64,000 nt of DNA. Source: the human T2T-CHM13v2.0 reference genome, Homo sapiens. Positions 29,430-43,303 of this stretch are shown piece by piece. The notes below the pieces were generated by a model that made no database searches, had not been told where the DNA came from, and worked only from the letters and a program-made list of their open reading frames with translations. Each line of letters opens with the position of its first letter. The stretch's first letter is position 1. The DNA is taken from the NCBI RefSeq assembly GCF_009914755.1, contig NC_060937.1. One strand, written 5' to 3'. The position numbers and the translations under genes were made by a program.

Positions 29430-29667
29430 ACCATTTATATAATCTGTTCTGTGCCAGTCAATGACATGAATGCATTCTAAATATCAATTCAGTCTTCACA
29501 ATTACCCTACGAAGAAAGCCCTCTCATCACCCCATTTTACAGATAAGGAGAGTGAGGCCTAGAGGTGTTAAGTATCCTTCTCAGGTTCATATAAGTTGCA
29601 GAGCTGGTACTTAAAGTCAGTCAGTTTGGCTTCAGAATCTATATTCTTAAACACTAAGGTATACTAC
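29430..29667 (-). mobile_element. MIR SINE
   Basis: cccattttacagataaggagagtgaggcctagagg..ttggcttcagaatc. Confidence 0.8.
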
Positions 29668-29795
29668 TTTGGTTTACAAAGCCATGTATTTGTGAGAAGA
29701 TATTCTCCCAATGTAGTCTCACTTCTGGTTTTTGAGTAAAAATTTTAAGTTGCTGATTTCCTTCATTTTTAGTTTATTACGAGAGTGAATTTTTT

Positions 29796-30101
<306 letters not shown>

Positions 30102-31439
30102 AAGAGTGAATTTTTTCACATTTACGTTTCACGATGCTTCCTTTAAAAATTTCGAAATTTCATTTTCCTATAAAATTAACTGTCTATTGTCGATGTGCTA
30201 TACATATATATTCTCCACTGATTAAAATTAGTAAATTTTGGCTGTCATAGTTTGCAAATATGTATTTCCATTCAGTTATTCAACAAATACTTATCAAGGG
30301 TTTATTATGTGCAAAGTCTTGTGCCAAGCACTTAAGACCTAAGGAAGAGGCATTCCTTTTACCTGCTGAGGGATTAAAGTCCACCTGCAAGCACAGATAT
30401 TTAAACACAGCAATATGTTAAAGGGACTATCTGGATGAATCCTTTGCATCTTCCTTTCCTCAGTTACCATCTGAGTGACATTGACAATATGCTTAGCAAC
30501 TATTGCTTCAGTTCTCTTATGTACAAAACAGAGGTGGTGGTGCTGTCTTTCTCCGGGGGTCACACAGAAGATTCGATGGGGAATCCTTGTAAAGTGCTTA
30601 ACAAGAAGGTAAACTGTGGTAAATTTTGCCTATGGATGAGGGGGCGGTGTTTCTAAGCATAAGATACGAGTAAACAAGAAAAGTGCTGCAAGTAAAGGTA
30701 TAAATAAGCATCTGAGAATAAACAGACACACAGATTCATTATGATTATCCACACCAGAGCAGGTTTAGTGAAGGAAGTTCATGAGAGTTGGGGCTTGTAT
30801 GTTGAGCAGCTTTCATCCCCCAGAAATCCACGTGAGAAAGGGAATTCTGGCTGAAAAAGCAGTGCAAGGATGACAAATGGCACTTTCAGAAGTTATCTGA
30901 ACCATGGGACATTTTAAATGGGAAGAAGACAGGGCTAAACACCAAAGATATTGTGGTTTTAGGTTGAGAAATAGAAATATGTATATTCAAAGTTATGCTT
31001 GCATTTGTATTACTTCCACACATTGAAATATTAAACTCTGAGAAATAAAAATTTTTCCATTGGTAATTCTGTGAATGAATTCAGAACCGGCACATTTTTC
31101 AATAATCCTTCACAATGCTGATTGTTATTTAGAAAAGAACAAGATTGATAGAGCGATAACTTCATGGAGATTCACCAGAAATCATCATACACATTATTGA
31201 AATGTGTCACTGCCTGTGAGAACAACACCAGTGTCACCGCCGTGGGGTAACCCCGCATTTATTCTAATGAGTGCTGGGAGTCAATACGCATCCAAAGATT
31301 CCAACAGCTTACACTGCACCAAGGTCGCAAATGCTCATAGGACTTGGTGCACTTCCTGACTACTTTTGATACTAAAAGTAACAATATTCCTTGAACCTCC
31401 CACAAATATTGGGTATAAGGATTTAAAAAATAATTTTAT

Positions 31440-31555
31440 TATACTCATTTTCAGAAGAGGCTCAGGAATATTAAGTGATTTGTCCAAAGTCACATAGCAG
31501 GTAAGCGATGGAATTGGCACTCTAGTTTTGATGTTTTTTCTACTACACCACAATG
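31440..31555 (-). mobile_element. MIR fragment
   Basis: cattttcagaagaggctcagg..ttaagtgatttgtccaaagtcacatagc. Confidence 0.7.
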
Positions 31556-31904
31556 CTTAAGCAGGTGCATACACACACAAACACACATACACACCAACTC
31601 ACAGTATGATTGAACAAAAATGCATCAATCAATGCAATAAGCAAAGCTTTGAAAGTCAGTAACCCCCAGAGGGTAATTCACTAATAATGCCATAAATTCT
31701 TATCCCACTGCTCTCAGTTACTGAATCTATAAAATGTGATTTATTTTAGCCAAGTTGTAGCCCATAATATTGTCCATGACAGAGTGAGATACATTTAAAT
31801 TTTCTACATTTCTTCAGAACATAACTCTGAAATATAAGAAAATTTCAATGATAATTTAGAAGAATAGTAGTTTATAATGTACACAACCTGGTAAGTGCAT
31901 TTTC

Positions 31905-32710
31905 TCAGCTTCACTGAGGTATAATTGACCAACAATGAGAGCTCCCAATTTCAATGTGCAATTTGATGAATTTTACAGAGGTTCATAAGCACTGAAATCA
32001 TGACATTGAACTTTTCCATCACCCCACAGTCCTCGTGATGGTTCATATTGAGTGTCACGACTGGGTTGAAGGATGCAAAGTATTGTTCCTAGGTGTGTCT
32101 GTAAGGGTGTCGCCAAAGGAGATTAACATTTGAGTGAGTGGACTGGGAGAGGCAGACCTACCCGCCATCTGGGTGGGCACCAACCAATCAGCTGCTAGCA
32201 TGAAAGCAGACATGGAAAGAGCCGACTTGCTGAGTCTTGTGGCCTCCACCTTTCTCCCGTGCTGGATGCTTCTTGCCCTCGAACATCAGACTCCAAGTTC
32301 TTCAGCTTCTGGACTCTTGGACTTACACCAGTGGTTTGCCAGGGGCTCTTGGGTCTTCTGCCACAGACTGAAGGCCGCACTGTCGTCTTCCCTATTTTTG
32401 AGGTTTTGAATCTCGGACTGGCTTCCTGGCTCCTCAGCTTGCAGACGGCGTATTGTGGGAAGTCACCTTGTGATCCCATGAGTCAATTCTTCTAATAAAC
32501 TTCCCTTCATGTATTCATCTATCTTCTTAGTTCCATCCCTTTAGAGAACCCTGGCTAATACAGTCCCTTCTTGTCACTTTGCAGTCGATCACTTCCCCCT
32601 ACTCCTTGCCCTTTAGGGACCACTGTTTTGCTTTCTATCTCCATAGTTTTGCCTTTTCTAGAACTACATGTAAATAGAACCATAGAGTGAATACTCTTTT
32701 TTGTCTAGAC
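31905..32710 (-). mobile_element. L1MB/MC-type 3' end, split by the MLT2A LTR
   Basis: cagcttcactgaggtataattgac..; resumes after the LTR with catagttttgccttttctagaa. Confidence 0.7.
32034..32562 (+). mobile_element. MLT2A1-like (HERV-L) solo LTR
   Basis: gtgatggttcatattgagtgtca..gaaggatgcaaagtattgttcct..agagaaccctggctaataca; near-TSD gtcct/gtccc. Confidence 0.92.
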
Positions 32711-35296
32711 AATTAATAATATTTGAATGTTTATTAAATTTAGGACCCCAAAAGGGGCCAATTCCTGGGGGCCTATTTAACAGAATTGGTAACTTTACTA
32801 CTGTACCGCCAACCAAGAAGCAGTTCCTCCAGTGATTATATCATTTTTTGAGTACATTTTCAATGTTTTCTAAAAAACATAACCTTAAAAAGTCATTTTC
32901 CTGTAGCTCTGGAAGTTCATGAGATGGAGGAAGACTGAGACTAGAAAACACTGTTGATTTTGGCAAAACCTCATCTAACTGTTGAGATGATACAAGCATT
33001 TGTTATACACTTTATTGCAGAAGAAGCCAAAGGTGGTTGATGTGAATGAAGAATAAAGAACATTTTGCTCTTGTTTGAGAAATCACAGGAACATTGTATT
33101 ATATAAATACCTATAAGGTCATCCCAATTCTCCCACATACTGACATGTAATCAATTGTTATTTAAAATTTATTCCATTTGTGCCTCAAAAACCTATGTTT
33201 TACCAAGTATTTGGTTTTATTTGCTATCATGTGTTTCATGTGTGGCTTGAGTTGTCTATTCATAATTGAACCCACATCAATTTTATGACATTCTGCCTTG
33301 GGCTATGAGTGTAACCATTAAGGGGGTCCTTATGGTGGAGGCCAGAGAAACCAGAAAAGGTTATGTTGAGAAAAGGGACTCAGAAGAGAACAGATTCAGA
33401 GAAAAGGGTGGATTTTCTCTGTGCCTAAGTCCATCCCCCTCCTCAGCAAAGGGCAACCCAAAATATCTGTATTCACTGCCCACATCATCAATCCAGAGTT
33501 TCTGATTGCAAACTTCAGTTTCCTTTCAGACCCTAGGAATTCTGGGAAAGAAGAGGCTGAGGGCGGTGGGCGGACATCACAACTTTAGGGTTTACCGGGC
33601 TAGTCAGTGGACAACAGAGTCGCTAAAATGAAGCTGTTCCTCTAGTGGATCTGAGTTTTATGAGGCCTTTTTGTGTTTGAGACCTTGCCCTTCTCGCTCT
33701 TCTGTTTTGGGCGTATTTCTTAAACTCTTAGTTTATTTATGCACTCACACTAACCTCTGGGAAGTTTGAACAACTGCAATACGTGATTCCCGCCCTACTG
33801 GGCCTCACATGGAAAGAAAACACAAACATAACTCCTACTCTAGTGCTAGTTTATAAAGATCATAACAGAGACATGTACAATCATACGAATAAGAAGAGTG
33901 GGCTCCTCACCATTCTCTGCGTGGACTAAAAGGTCATCCAGGCTAGATATGGCATTTGAACTGAGACTCAGAAGAAAGACATGGCAGGCAGGAGGAACGA
34001 CCTTATGCAGGCAGAGAGAAGAAGTTTTATCCTGTGTTTGGAGGGGAAAGTGGGTAATTCACTTCATCATTCTAACCTTCCCAAACATTAACAAATTACA
34101 CTTTCATTTTATTCCAAAGCTTAAAGATAGGAGACGGTTAAAAATGATTCCGTCCATGCACCTAGAAAAAGAAACAAATTCTCAACCTATTTAATATTGT
34201 TACCAGCCCCTCCATTATCTCCAGTTAAATGTTCTTTAATTGACATTGACCTCTATTTCGTGAAACCCGGAGAATATTAAGTCCATCAACACACTTGGGA
34301 GGCAGCAGAAATCAAGGCGCCTTCTCCATTCTGCTAGCGCTGGCTCTGCTGTGGGGCCTCTTGGGTACCCTTTTCACCAACATTCCCTTCTGTTTCATTT
34401 TCATTCATCCTCTCATCCCACATCCCACAGTCTGCTACTGACATCAGTTCCTCTTGCTTTTGTTCTCTAATGAGGTCCAGGTCTGTCTGTCTTTGAGTTT
34501 TCTGTTCCATCTACCTAATATTAACATGCTGTGGGAGGTAGAGTTCTGACTAAGGACCATTCATGATTAGGCTAAAAATTGCCTTCTGACTTTTTTCCCT
34601 AACCATCTTTTTAACATGAAATGTCATTAAAATATAGCTGAACTCTGCCTCACTCTCTTATAGCTTGGAATGGAAGCTAAGCTCACACGTGTCCCCAGAT
34701 ATTTTTAATTTCAAGGACAAATTCTTGTTTAAAATAATTGAAAACTAAGAGTAAGATGAACAGAAAAACAATTATAGCACCTAGAATGATAAATAAGGCA
34801 AAACAAGCTTCCCGTGGACACATCATCAGCATCATCCCTAGAGATTTATGGAGTACTATCTGCATCTCTACATTGTCCCAGATACAGATATAAAATTAGG
34901 CTCCTAGACTTGAAGAAATTGCAACCAAAGCTAGAAACAAGATATGATAATATGAAACTTAATCATGAAGTACGTAAAAACAGTTAACATCAATGTTATA
35001 CATATGACTCATTGCTTAATTAAAATTGTTGTAGTTCTCTATAAAAGAAAAAAAGTCACTCGAGGCTGACATGAAAATGCATTAAATTATTATACTCTTC
35101 TCTAAAATCTACATTATCAAATGCACAGCTTGCTTGTTTCTTGAAGTCACCGTCATTTTAGTTTTTCAGTTCATAATGTTATTTTCTCCAGCCATGGTTG
35201 TGTAGGGGATGACAGGGAAACTAACATTTATTAAGACCCTCCTTTATGTCTGGCATTGTGTTCATAATAAACAGATGTCTTTTAAAATTCAAGTTA

Positions 35297-35585
35297 TTTA
35301 TTTGTATTTATTTATTTTTTAATTGACAGATAAAATTGCATGCATTTATGTTGTACAAGATATCTTGAACTACATATACATTGTGGAATAGTTAAATCTA
35401 GCTAATTAACAAATGTATTTGTTCACACTGTTATTATTTTTGCAGTGAGAACACAATATCCACAGTATGGGGAGATGTCGGTTAAATGGTATATAATTAA
35501 AGTTAGACAGGAGGAATAAGTTCAAGAGATCTATTCTACAGCATGGTGACTATAGTTAATGATGATATGTTGTATTATTAAAAAA
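35297..35585 (-). mobile_element. Short L1MA 3' end with 5' inversion (twin priming)
   Basis: Poly-T plus antisense 3' UTR (35297-35463) joined to the sense upstream UTR segment (35464-35585); TSD taaaa(t/c)tcaagtta. Confidence 0.85.
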
Positions 35586-35868
35586 TAAAACTCAAGTTAG
35601 ATTAACTTCAAACCCATCTCAATTCCTAAAAAGTCCTATCCACAATCTCAGTAGGAATTGACAAATATCACTTGAATTATATGGAGAACTAAATAAAGTA
35701 TTTTGTAATGTTTGACTATGACACAAAGTAGCTATTCCATTTCAATTCCCATTGTTTATTCCACTGAAAATAAAGCTAACAAGCAAACAAAAATTGTCAA
35801 AGAAAGCTAAACTGACAAACTGTCCAGCAAAACAAACCCTAAACAAGCAAATCAAACCATGTCAAAAG

Positions 35869-35872
<4 letters not shown>

Positions 35873-35901
<29 letters not shown>
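35873..35901 (+). repeat. A29 homopolymer
   Basis: Pure A run with no recognisable retroelement body upstream. Confidence 0.95.
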
Positions 35902-35905
<4 letters not shown>

Positions 35906-36599
35906 GGAACGGAGATACATGTATGACAATTTTTTATCTCTGTCTACTCCTGCACATTATTAGGGGCTTTAACTCAGAGATCTGCAAAGTTGAGTAGACA
36001 TTAATTTAGTGAAAGAAAATTCTTGTAATACAAATCATTTAAAATTTCCATGAATTTTACTGTAATGAGATTTTTGCTACTTTTTTGAAGCTATGCTTTT
36101 TTAGTTAGAACAAGTAAATTTCTAGCATTTGAATATTAGAGAAATTACAGTTTTTATTTGAAAATTGTAATACAATTTACAAACACATACATACGCACTC
36201 TTATATAGATAAGGATTTGCATGCAGAGTCACAGTCCCCTAAAATAATGACTTTTTAAACAGCAGGATTCTCCTACCCTTCAAAACCTCCTGACTGAATT
36301 TAATTATTAATGTAAATATATTCTAATAAAATGTTGATAATATTTCAATGCAAAATAAAATATACATACATGTATATCCTATTAAATTTCCTTTTTGTGC
36401 CCTCATTTTGTGAAATCTCTAATTACATGGTTATGATGAAAATTTTCACATAATTTGCATTTTATTGACAATGATGCCAAATAGATAATTTTTCTTGAGT
36501 CTTAAGTTCTTTTATATTTTCTTAATTTTGATTGGTAGAATGCTTATTCTGTTGAAATAATAGCAATTTGAATTTTCAGTCCCTTAAAGCAATGCTAGA

Positions 36600-36940
36600 T
36601 TTGTAACTGTCTTATAAATTTTGTTTTATGCTTATTGTAATAGGAATACATATGATAAATTATTATTATTGCAGAAGTTATTTCAAGTTTTTTTCATCAT
36701 TTAAGTGGTTTTTTATCATTGAATGGTGGTTTTTACCATCAGTTAAAGCAATACATAAATCCATACAGTATCTTAAAACATTCTGCTTTTGACTTTTTTA
36801 GTGTTAACACCATTATTACAGGCTTGCCATCAGCAATTTCTGAAAATTGTTCTTGAAAATTGGAAGTTATATTTTTCAGTTTTTGACTTAAGTCAATACC
36901 TGTACATTTTACACGTGTAAAAAGTATGACCATGAAGAGG
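36600..36940 (-). mobile_element. Possible decayed hAT (Charlie-type) transposase fragment
   Basis: ORF 36739-36933 TGIDLSQKLKNITSNF..IADGKP loosely resembles the hAT TTG.D.F...TDGAP region. Confidence 0.35.
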
Positions 36941-38721
36941 GTTCCACTGTCCTGGGTGTAAATGAGGTACTAACAAAATGTTCAATGAAGCCGGAGAAGC
37001 TGGAGAGGGTTCTGGCATCACATTCTGGCCTTTTTCCTATTAATGAAATGATACAGGGTCTTGGGGATCTGGTTTTAACCTAGAAAGTTCAATAATCCAA
37101 CTTTCTCTCCTCTAGGGGAAAAATACCAGACTAACACACTTTTTAAATTTCTGAATTATATTTTTATTATTATGTAATGATGTGACTTTGTTTTTACCAA
37201 ATAAACCAAAGAAAAATAAATTATAAAATGGACCGTTGTCAATCATCTTTCAGTATTCCACACCCCCCCAACCTCTCTCTCCTCTTTCTTGCTCTCTCAT
37301 CTGTACATTTTTGTCCCGTGTTGCTAGAATTTGGCTTGGGAACCTGCCTCTCTTTTGGCTCCGCAGGGAGTTCAGTCTGTATGTCCTGGCCAGGTGCTCT
37401 CCGACGTGGACTAGTCTGGGATAGAAAGTCTATTTTCTTCCCCAGGGTTCTCCATTCTGGTCACAAATGGTCTCTGCTTTTGCATTCTAAACCAGGAATG
37501 GCAGGGTCATGTTTTGCATCCTGTGCGTCCTGCCGAGGGCTCTGTCTACTGTCCCTGAGCAACGCCCTTTCATTCTAAACCATCGAAGTTCTCTTAGATG
37601 ACTGTGTGGTCCCAAGGGGTCGGGGTCTTTTATGCAATGTCTGGAACAGCTAGTGGGACATTTTAAAGCCCTTTTGATAGGAAAAATCATCTCATGTTCA
37701 CAGAGAAGCCAAAAATGGGCCAGCTATTTGCAGGACAGCATTGCCACTCTTTGTGTCACAGCAGTAACTCTAGGGTAAGTCAGAGTCAGAATGCAGCTTA
37801 CATCTAGCAGTGTGTAGGTCACACACATGCAGTGCACTGGGCTTGTCGCTGCTAATAACCATTGTGGCAACACAATTATTGTTAATATATGAATATTCCA
37901 CGATTGTCCTCTTTACTTGTCCACCAACGAGGGCCTGCCTGGCCTTGCTGGCTAAGTGCGTTTCTTTCCTTACACTCCCTGGCCAAGACTCTGCCACTTG
38001 GGTTTTGCATTGAAGGAGGAAAGGGGTCTGGGAAAGAACTCCAGAGATTTTGAATTGAGAAACAGCAGAAAAGTAGCAGAAGGAGAGACAAACAGGTAAG
38101 AAAATAAGAAGGATTTTTAGAAATATTGCTTGAGCTATATAACCATCCATAGTTTTTGAAAACTATTTTGAAATTACTCTTTGGTGCTGTATGGTTCTCC
38201 TTTGTTCATATTTGAGGCTGAGCCGTAAGTTCAAACCTATAGTTCAACAGAAAAATACTAATAATAGTAATACAAATAGTTTATATTTATGTTGTGCCAG
38301 GAAACCTTTTAAATGTTGTGGAAAAGAGGAGTGAATTTAAATCTTATGGCAACCTTGAGGGTAAGTTTTATTTTATTCCTACTCACAGATTCAGAAACAG
38401 CCTTCTGGAACTTATTTTCTTTAAGGTCACTCAATAAATACACATCCTTGCAAGCCTCAACACCGGTTGTTCTGACCCCAGACTCGAGGCTCCTGAAAGA
38501 TACACCCACACTGCCTGGTGATCTTGGACATTCAGCCGGATTCCATATTGCTTTCTCGCTCTGGAAGAAAATGCCAGATAATGTAACCAGATTCTTTTGG
38601 GTTTTCTGTCGAATGAAGAATAAACCTTTGTGAAAATTAATTCATCCTGAAGGATTATTTGTTCCCTTGAATATATTGTATTTTTAATCTAGGAATAGCC
38701 TGTTTTTACATCAAAACCCAC

Positions 38722-39103
38722 TGTTTTAAGCTGAAATGTTGTCACCTTAAAAAAAATGATATGTTGGAGTCTTAACCCTCAGTACTTCAAAATGTGACCT
38801 TATTTGGAAATAAGGTATTTACTGAGGTGATCAAGTTAAGATGAGGTCAGCAGGACGGGCCCTAGTACAATATTATATAAAAAGGAGAAATTTGGACACA
38901 GACACACATGTAGGGAGGTGACCTAAAGACATTGAGGGAGAAGATGGCCATCTACAAGCTGAGGAAAGATCCCTTCCTCACAGCCCTTGCCAATACCTTG
39001 GTTGTAGATGCCCAGCCTCCAGAACTGTAAGACAATAACTTTCTGTGGTATAAGCCGCCCAGTTTGTGGTACTTTGTTACAGTAGCCCTAGCTGACTAAG
39101 ACG
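38722..39103 (+). mobile_element. MLT1B-like MaLR solo LTR
   Basis: aatgtgaccttatttggaaataagg..aagttaagatgaggtca..cagcctccagaactgtaagacaata..tgtggtactttgttacagtagccctag. Confidence 0.88.
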
Positions 39104-41994
39104 TCTACCATATTCTCCCCTTTTACTGTCCTCTCTTTCTCTTGTTCTGGACTTCAATACCCTATCTGCAACTCACACTCCCATGAAAGGAGCAAGATCA
39201 TCCTAGAATTTTATCCACCCCAAGGCTTTTGATATGGCTTGTGCCCCAACCTGGGACTTTACTTTATGAAATATAGACAGCTCATTATTTGTGTCAAAAA
39301 GCAAACTTCAAACGTTGTGATTAGAAATAAAAACACTTTGAATAGAGAGATTAGTATGCCTAATCAAGTCATTTAGCTGCTTGCCTTTCTTACATTCCAC
39401 ATGTTCCTTACTGAGAAAAATCCAGCATTTGATATCAAGATTCTTTTTTTATTCATGTTAAGCATAAAAAGATATATAGTATTAAATATATTATTTGTCA
39501 TTAAGTATGGGTTTAGCTATTTTCAACTAATTCTCTAATAGTCTACATAAATTACTAAGTATAAAGAAACCTAGATAAGGTTGTATAGTCAGAGAAATAT
39601 ATTAAAGATGCAGCATTGTCTGATTCTCCAGTTTCCTTCGTCTATCACTATGGCAACCAAGAAGGTGTTGAGTTGAGATGGCGCAAGCACAATACCAAAG
39701 CATCCTAGATAGTGGTGTCATTTAATGGAAGGTAATCATGCTGGTGATTTGCCTTGATATCAAGCAGATTTTACCTAATCAAGAAATCAACTTGTGTTAG
39801 GTTAAGTAACTGATATTGGGAAGTTTTACCCCAGCAAAGCCTAGTTCATCTTCTTTCTCATTAACAGTCTAAATTCGATGAATACAAGTAATTCACAGCT
39901 CTGTATCTTCATCTACAACCATTTTACCCTTCTCCTATATCAAACAATTAGGGTTCTGCATCCACACATATCTATATCCATTTTGTTCCTATGACCTTGT
40001 TCTCAGAAAGTCTTCTAAAACTTCATTTTTTACACAGACTCTCTCCCAAGCCTCAGATGTGGCCTCACACTGCCAGCAATGTGCTCCTGAACCCTAAAAT
40101 CAGCCAAGTGCTATTCATCTGATATTGATGTCACATGAACGGGTCACCAACTGAGAAAAAAGCATTCAATATTAAATTATCTGTTTGTGTATCTTATCTT
40201 CTCCATTAGACTACAAGCTTTACATGTCATTTCAGACTTTTGCAATATGTGATTATAATATGTCAAGGGGGAATCTTTGGGCTACCATATATCTAGATAC
40301 ATTTAAAAATCCCCCAAATTGTGACTTTTTTGTCTTTTACTTTTAATTTGTGTCCTCAGAGCACCTTGCATAGTTCCAGTGGAAAATGAGCACTTTATAT
40401 ATATTAGTAGACTTGACTTGAATAATGAGTTTTGTTATAATAGGGTTGTATTATATAAATAATTAAATTTTTAGTCAAATCCTGTGATAGAGAAAAAGGC
40501 TTAATTCACCTTAGAAAGGGCACAAAGCCCTTGATAATGACAAGATTAAAGGCCTATTAATATTGCAGGAAAAGTATGACCAGTAACACTTATCTATTAT
40601 GCCTCCGAATTTTAATGCTGTGTCACTTTAGGATTTAATGTGTTAGCTCTATGAAATCCAGTTTTCACTTATTTTATGTTTCTTGGTTTGATGTCTATTG
40701 GAAATTAATAAAAACAAATTTGGAGCTTTGGAGTACACAAAAGTGGAAGAAATGGTTTCTTCTCTAAAACAGCATCAACTTGCAGAGAAAGAGCAAGGAT
40801 AAACTAGTGAGCACCCATAAAATGAACAAATTGTGCTTGAGGGACAAAACCTGAGATAAAGAATGAAACACAAATTTCACTTATGAGAAATAGTCAAATA
40901 GAGAAAAAAGTCTCTTAAAAAGAGATATCTAAAATAATAATAATCATGAGTAAAATAATACCCGACATCCTAAAAGTAGTAGATGTTAGAAAACAAAATC
41001 ACTAAAGCAGATGACCTACATAGAGGCATATGTGATTCTTGTGTTGTCTAGTATTTCATGGAACAGAATACTATCTGCTTTCTTGTAAGTGAATAAAATA
41101 TAATTTCTAGGGCTGAAAATTCATGTGTAGAGAATCCAGTATGAGAATATAACTTTTCAAGAGTAGAGTGATAATTAGATTATTAACCAGGCACAGGAAT
41201 TTTTTCACTATGGACATCTCCCTCTCTATAATTTCTGCTCACCTTGTACTTCAAAAACACATATTTCTTAAAGCTGACAGTAAACTCCATACTTGAATGC
41301 ACACTTCAAATAAGGTCTCACATAAGCTTGGAAAAATCTGAACATAGGTCCATATTTTGACACTTGCATATATTACAGTGGGTTGGTTTGAAATATTACC
41401 ACAATCAAGAGAAAAGAGTAGTGCCCAGCATGCTGGCTATAAATTGCTAATTTAGTAAAAGCCATTATCATTCTCTCTCAAAGACTGCTCTGTGTGTGGC
41501 CCTGAACAAAGTGCTCTGTGTGTGCAATCTCAGACAGATTTCTTATATGACTTCTGTAGCAGCCCCATAGTCAGATTTCCGTATGGTTAAAGAGAATCAG
41601 CAAATTAGCCAGGCCAGGATAGAACAACTCATTGAAGAATTACAGAGAGAACTACATGGGAATAAACACTAAACTAACTCAAATCTTAACATATAAATAA
41701 CCAATGCATATTATATACAATGATGAATAAAATTAACATTTTGGAGTAGTATTTAAACTATATAAATATTTCATATGCATTATTGCTAATTTAATTTCAC
41801 TCTAATACTTCAATAAAGTACATTTGCTAAAAATAACTACCCCATGATGTTTTGTTGACCAGTTTTCACAGGCATGACTCCAGTCTTTGTTCAGATAGTC
41901 TATGATTGACCTGTTATGCTAATTGAAATGAACCTTGTCTCAGTTTTCTAGTAATTTACAAAGTTCTTACTGTTTGAATAGAATGGTTGCAATA

Positions 41995-42200
41995 GAGGTG
42001 AGGAATTAAGAGAATATGTTTTAGAATCAGAAGACCTGGATGAGAGTACAACCTCCACTGTAGTTTGACTCTTAGAAAAGATTCAATTCCTCTGAGCCTC
42101 TCTTTCCTCAGCTGTAAAATGAGCCAAATAATGGTGTTTATAGGGTTGTTGAAAACATAAGTAAAATTATACATGTAAAATACTTCAGAGCATGAGTTAT
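41995..42200 (+). mobile_element. MIR SINE
   Basis: ttagaatcagaagacctgg..ctctgagcctctctttcctcagctgtaaaatg. Confidence 0.75.
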
Positions 42201-42268
42201 TATTTTACAGACCATTTAAAAAATTCAGCTGCTGAAATAAATGGCAATTGTACTGTAACTTAAAAAAA

Positions 42269-42429
42269 ACAAAGTCTTGCTCTGTCACCCAGGCTAGAGT
42301 GCAGTGGCACTATCTCCGCTCACTGCAACCTTCATCTCCCGTCACCATGTTGGCCAGGCTGGTCTCGAGTTCCTGACCTGAAGTGATCTGCCCTCCTCGG
42401 CCTCCCAAGTGCTGGGATTACAGGTGTGA
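42269..42429 (-). mobile_element. Internally deleted Alu
   Basis: Right-arm segment joined directly to left-arm segment at ctccc|g|tcaccatg; no poly-T tail. Confidence 0.9.
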
Positions 42430-42950
42430 TATACTGTAAATCTTGTACCTTGAACAAGTTCTGGGAATTTCAGTCTAATTCTTAAACAAAAGAAAACAAT
42501 GATTACAGTTGTCTATAATCGAACAAAATTAAAAGAACAGTGACTCTTCTGCTCCAACCATGGTGTTCCCTGGCTGTTCTCTTTAAAGGGATGGCCACTC
42601 TGTTCCTCAACCCTACCAGCCTTACCTACCGCTTCTATCCAACTAGACTACATCCTTCTTCCTCACTCACTGAACTAGAGCTTCCTTTCTCTGAACCTAT
42701 AATGAACTTTCTGATTCTACTAACTTAATATTTCCAGACACAATCCTGAAACAGAAAAGAAGGGTATAAGCAGAGAAAAATATTTTTAAATGAACGCTCA
42801 ATAAAAGAGATGTAATGAAGCAAGAAATTTAAGTCATGAAAAATAATCAGGAGTTGGTTGGTGACCAAAAAATCATGTGGCTTCTATGCATGCATATTAT
42901 AGCATGCTAGGTGTATACCAAGAGTATGCTTACAATACATATACACAATA

Positions 42951-43303
42951 TATCTTAGTTCAGGCTGCTGTAACAAAATAATCTTAGGCTGGATAATTTA
43001 TCCACAGCAGAAATGTATGGCTCACCGTTATGGAGGCTGAAAAATCCAAGATCAAAGCACCAGGAGATAGGGTGTCTGGTGAGGGATTGTTCTCATAGAT
43101 GGTCCCTTCTCTGTGTCCTCGTGTGGTGACTGGGGTGAACAAGCTCCCTAGGCCTCTTTTATCAGGGCACTAATTCCATTTATGAGAGTGAAGCCCTCAT
43201 GACCTGATCACCTCCCAAAGGCCACACCTATTAATACCACCCCTTTAGGGATAATGTTTTCATATACAGATTTTAGAGGGACACAAACTTTTAGATCACA
43301 CCA
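42951..43303 (-). mobile_element. MLT1A-like MaLR solo LTR
   Basis: tcttagttcaggctgctgtaacaaaata..tccaagatcaaagcacc..gccctcatgacctgatcacctcccaaaggcc. Confidence 0.88.

Noticed and set aside
33636-33652. CTCF-like ccactagaggaacag on the minus strand
   Set aside because: Lacks the conserved GGC of the core; weak match.
38361-38388. GTAAGT..CAG mini-intron
   Set aside because: 28 nt is too short for a spliceosomal intron.
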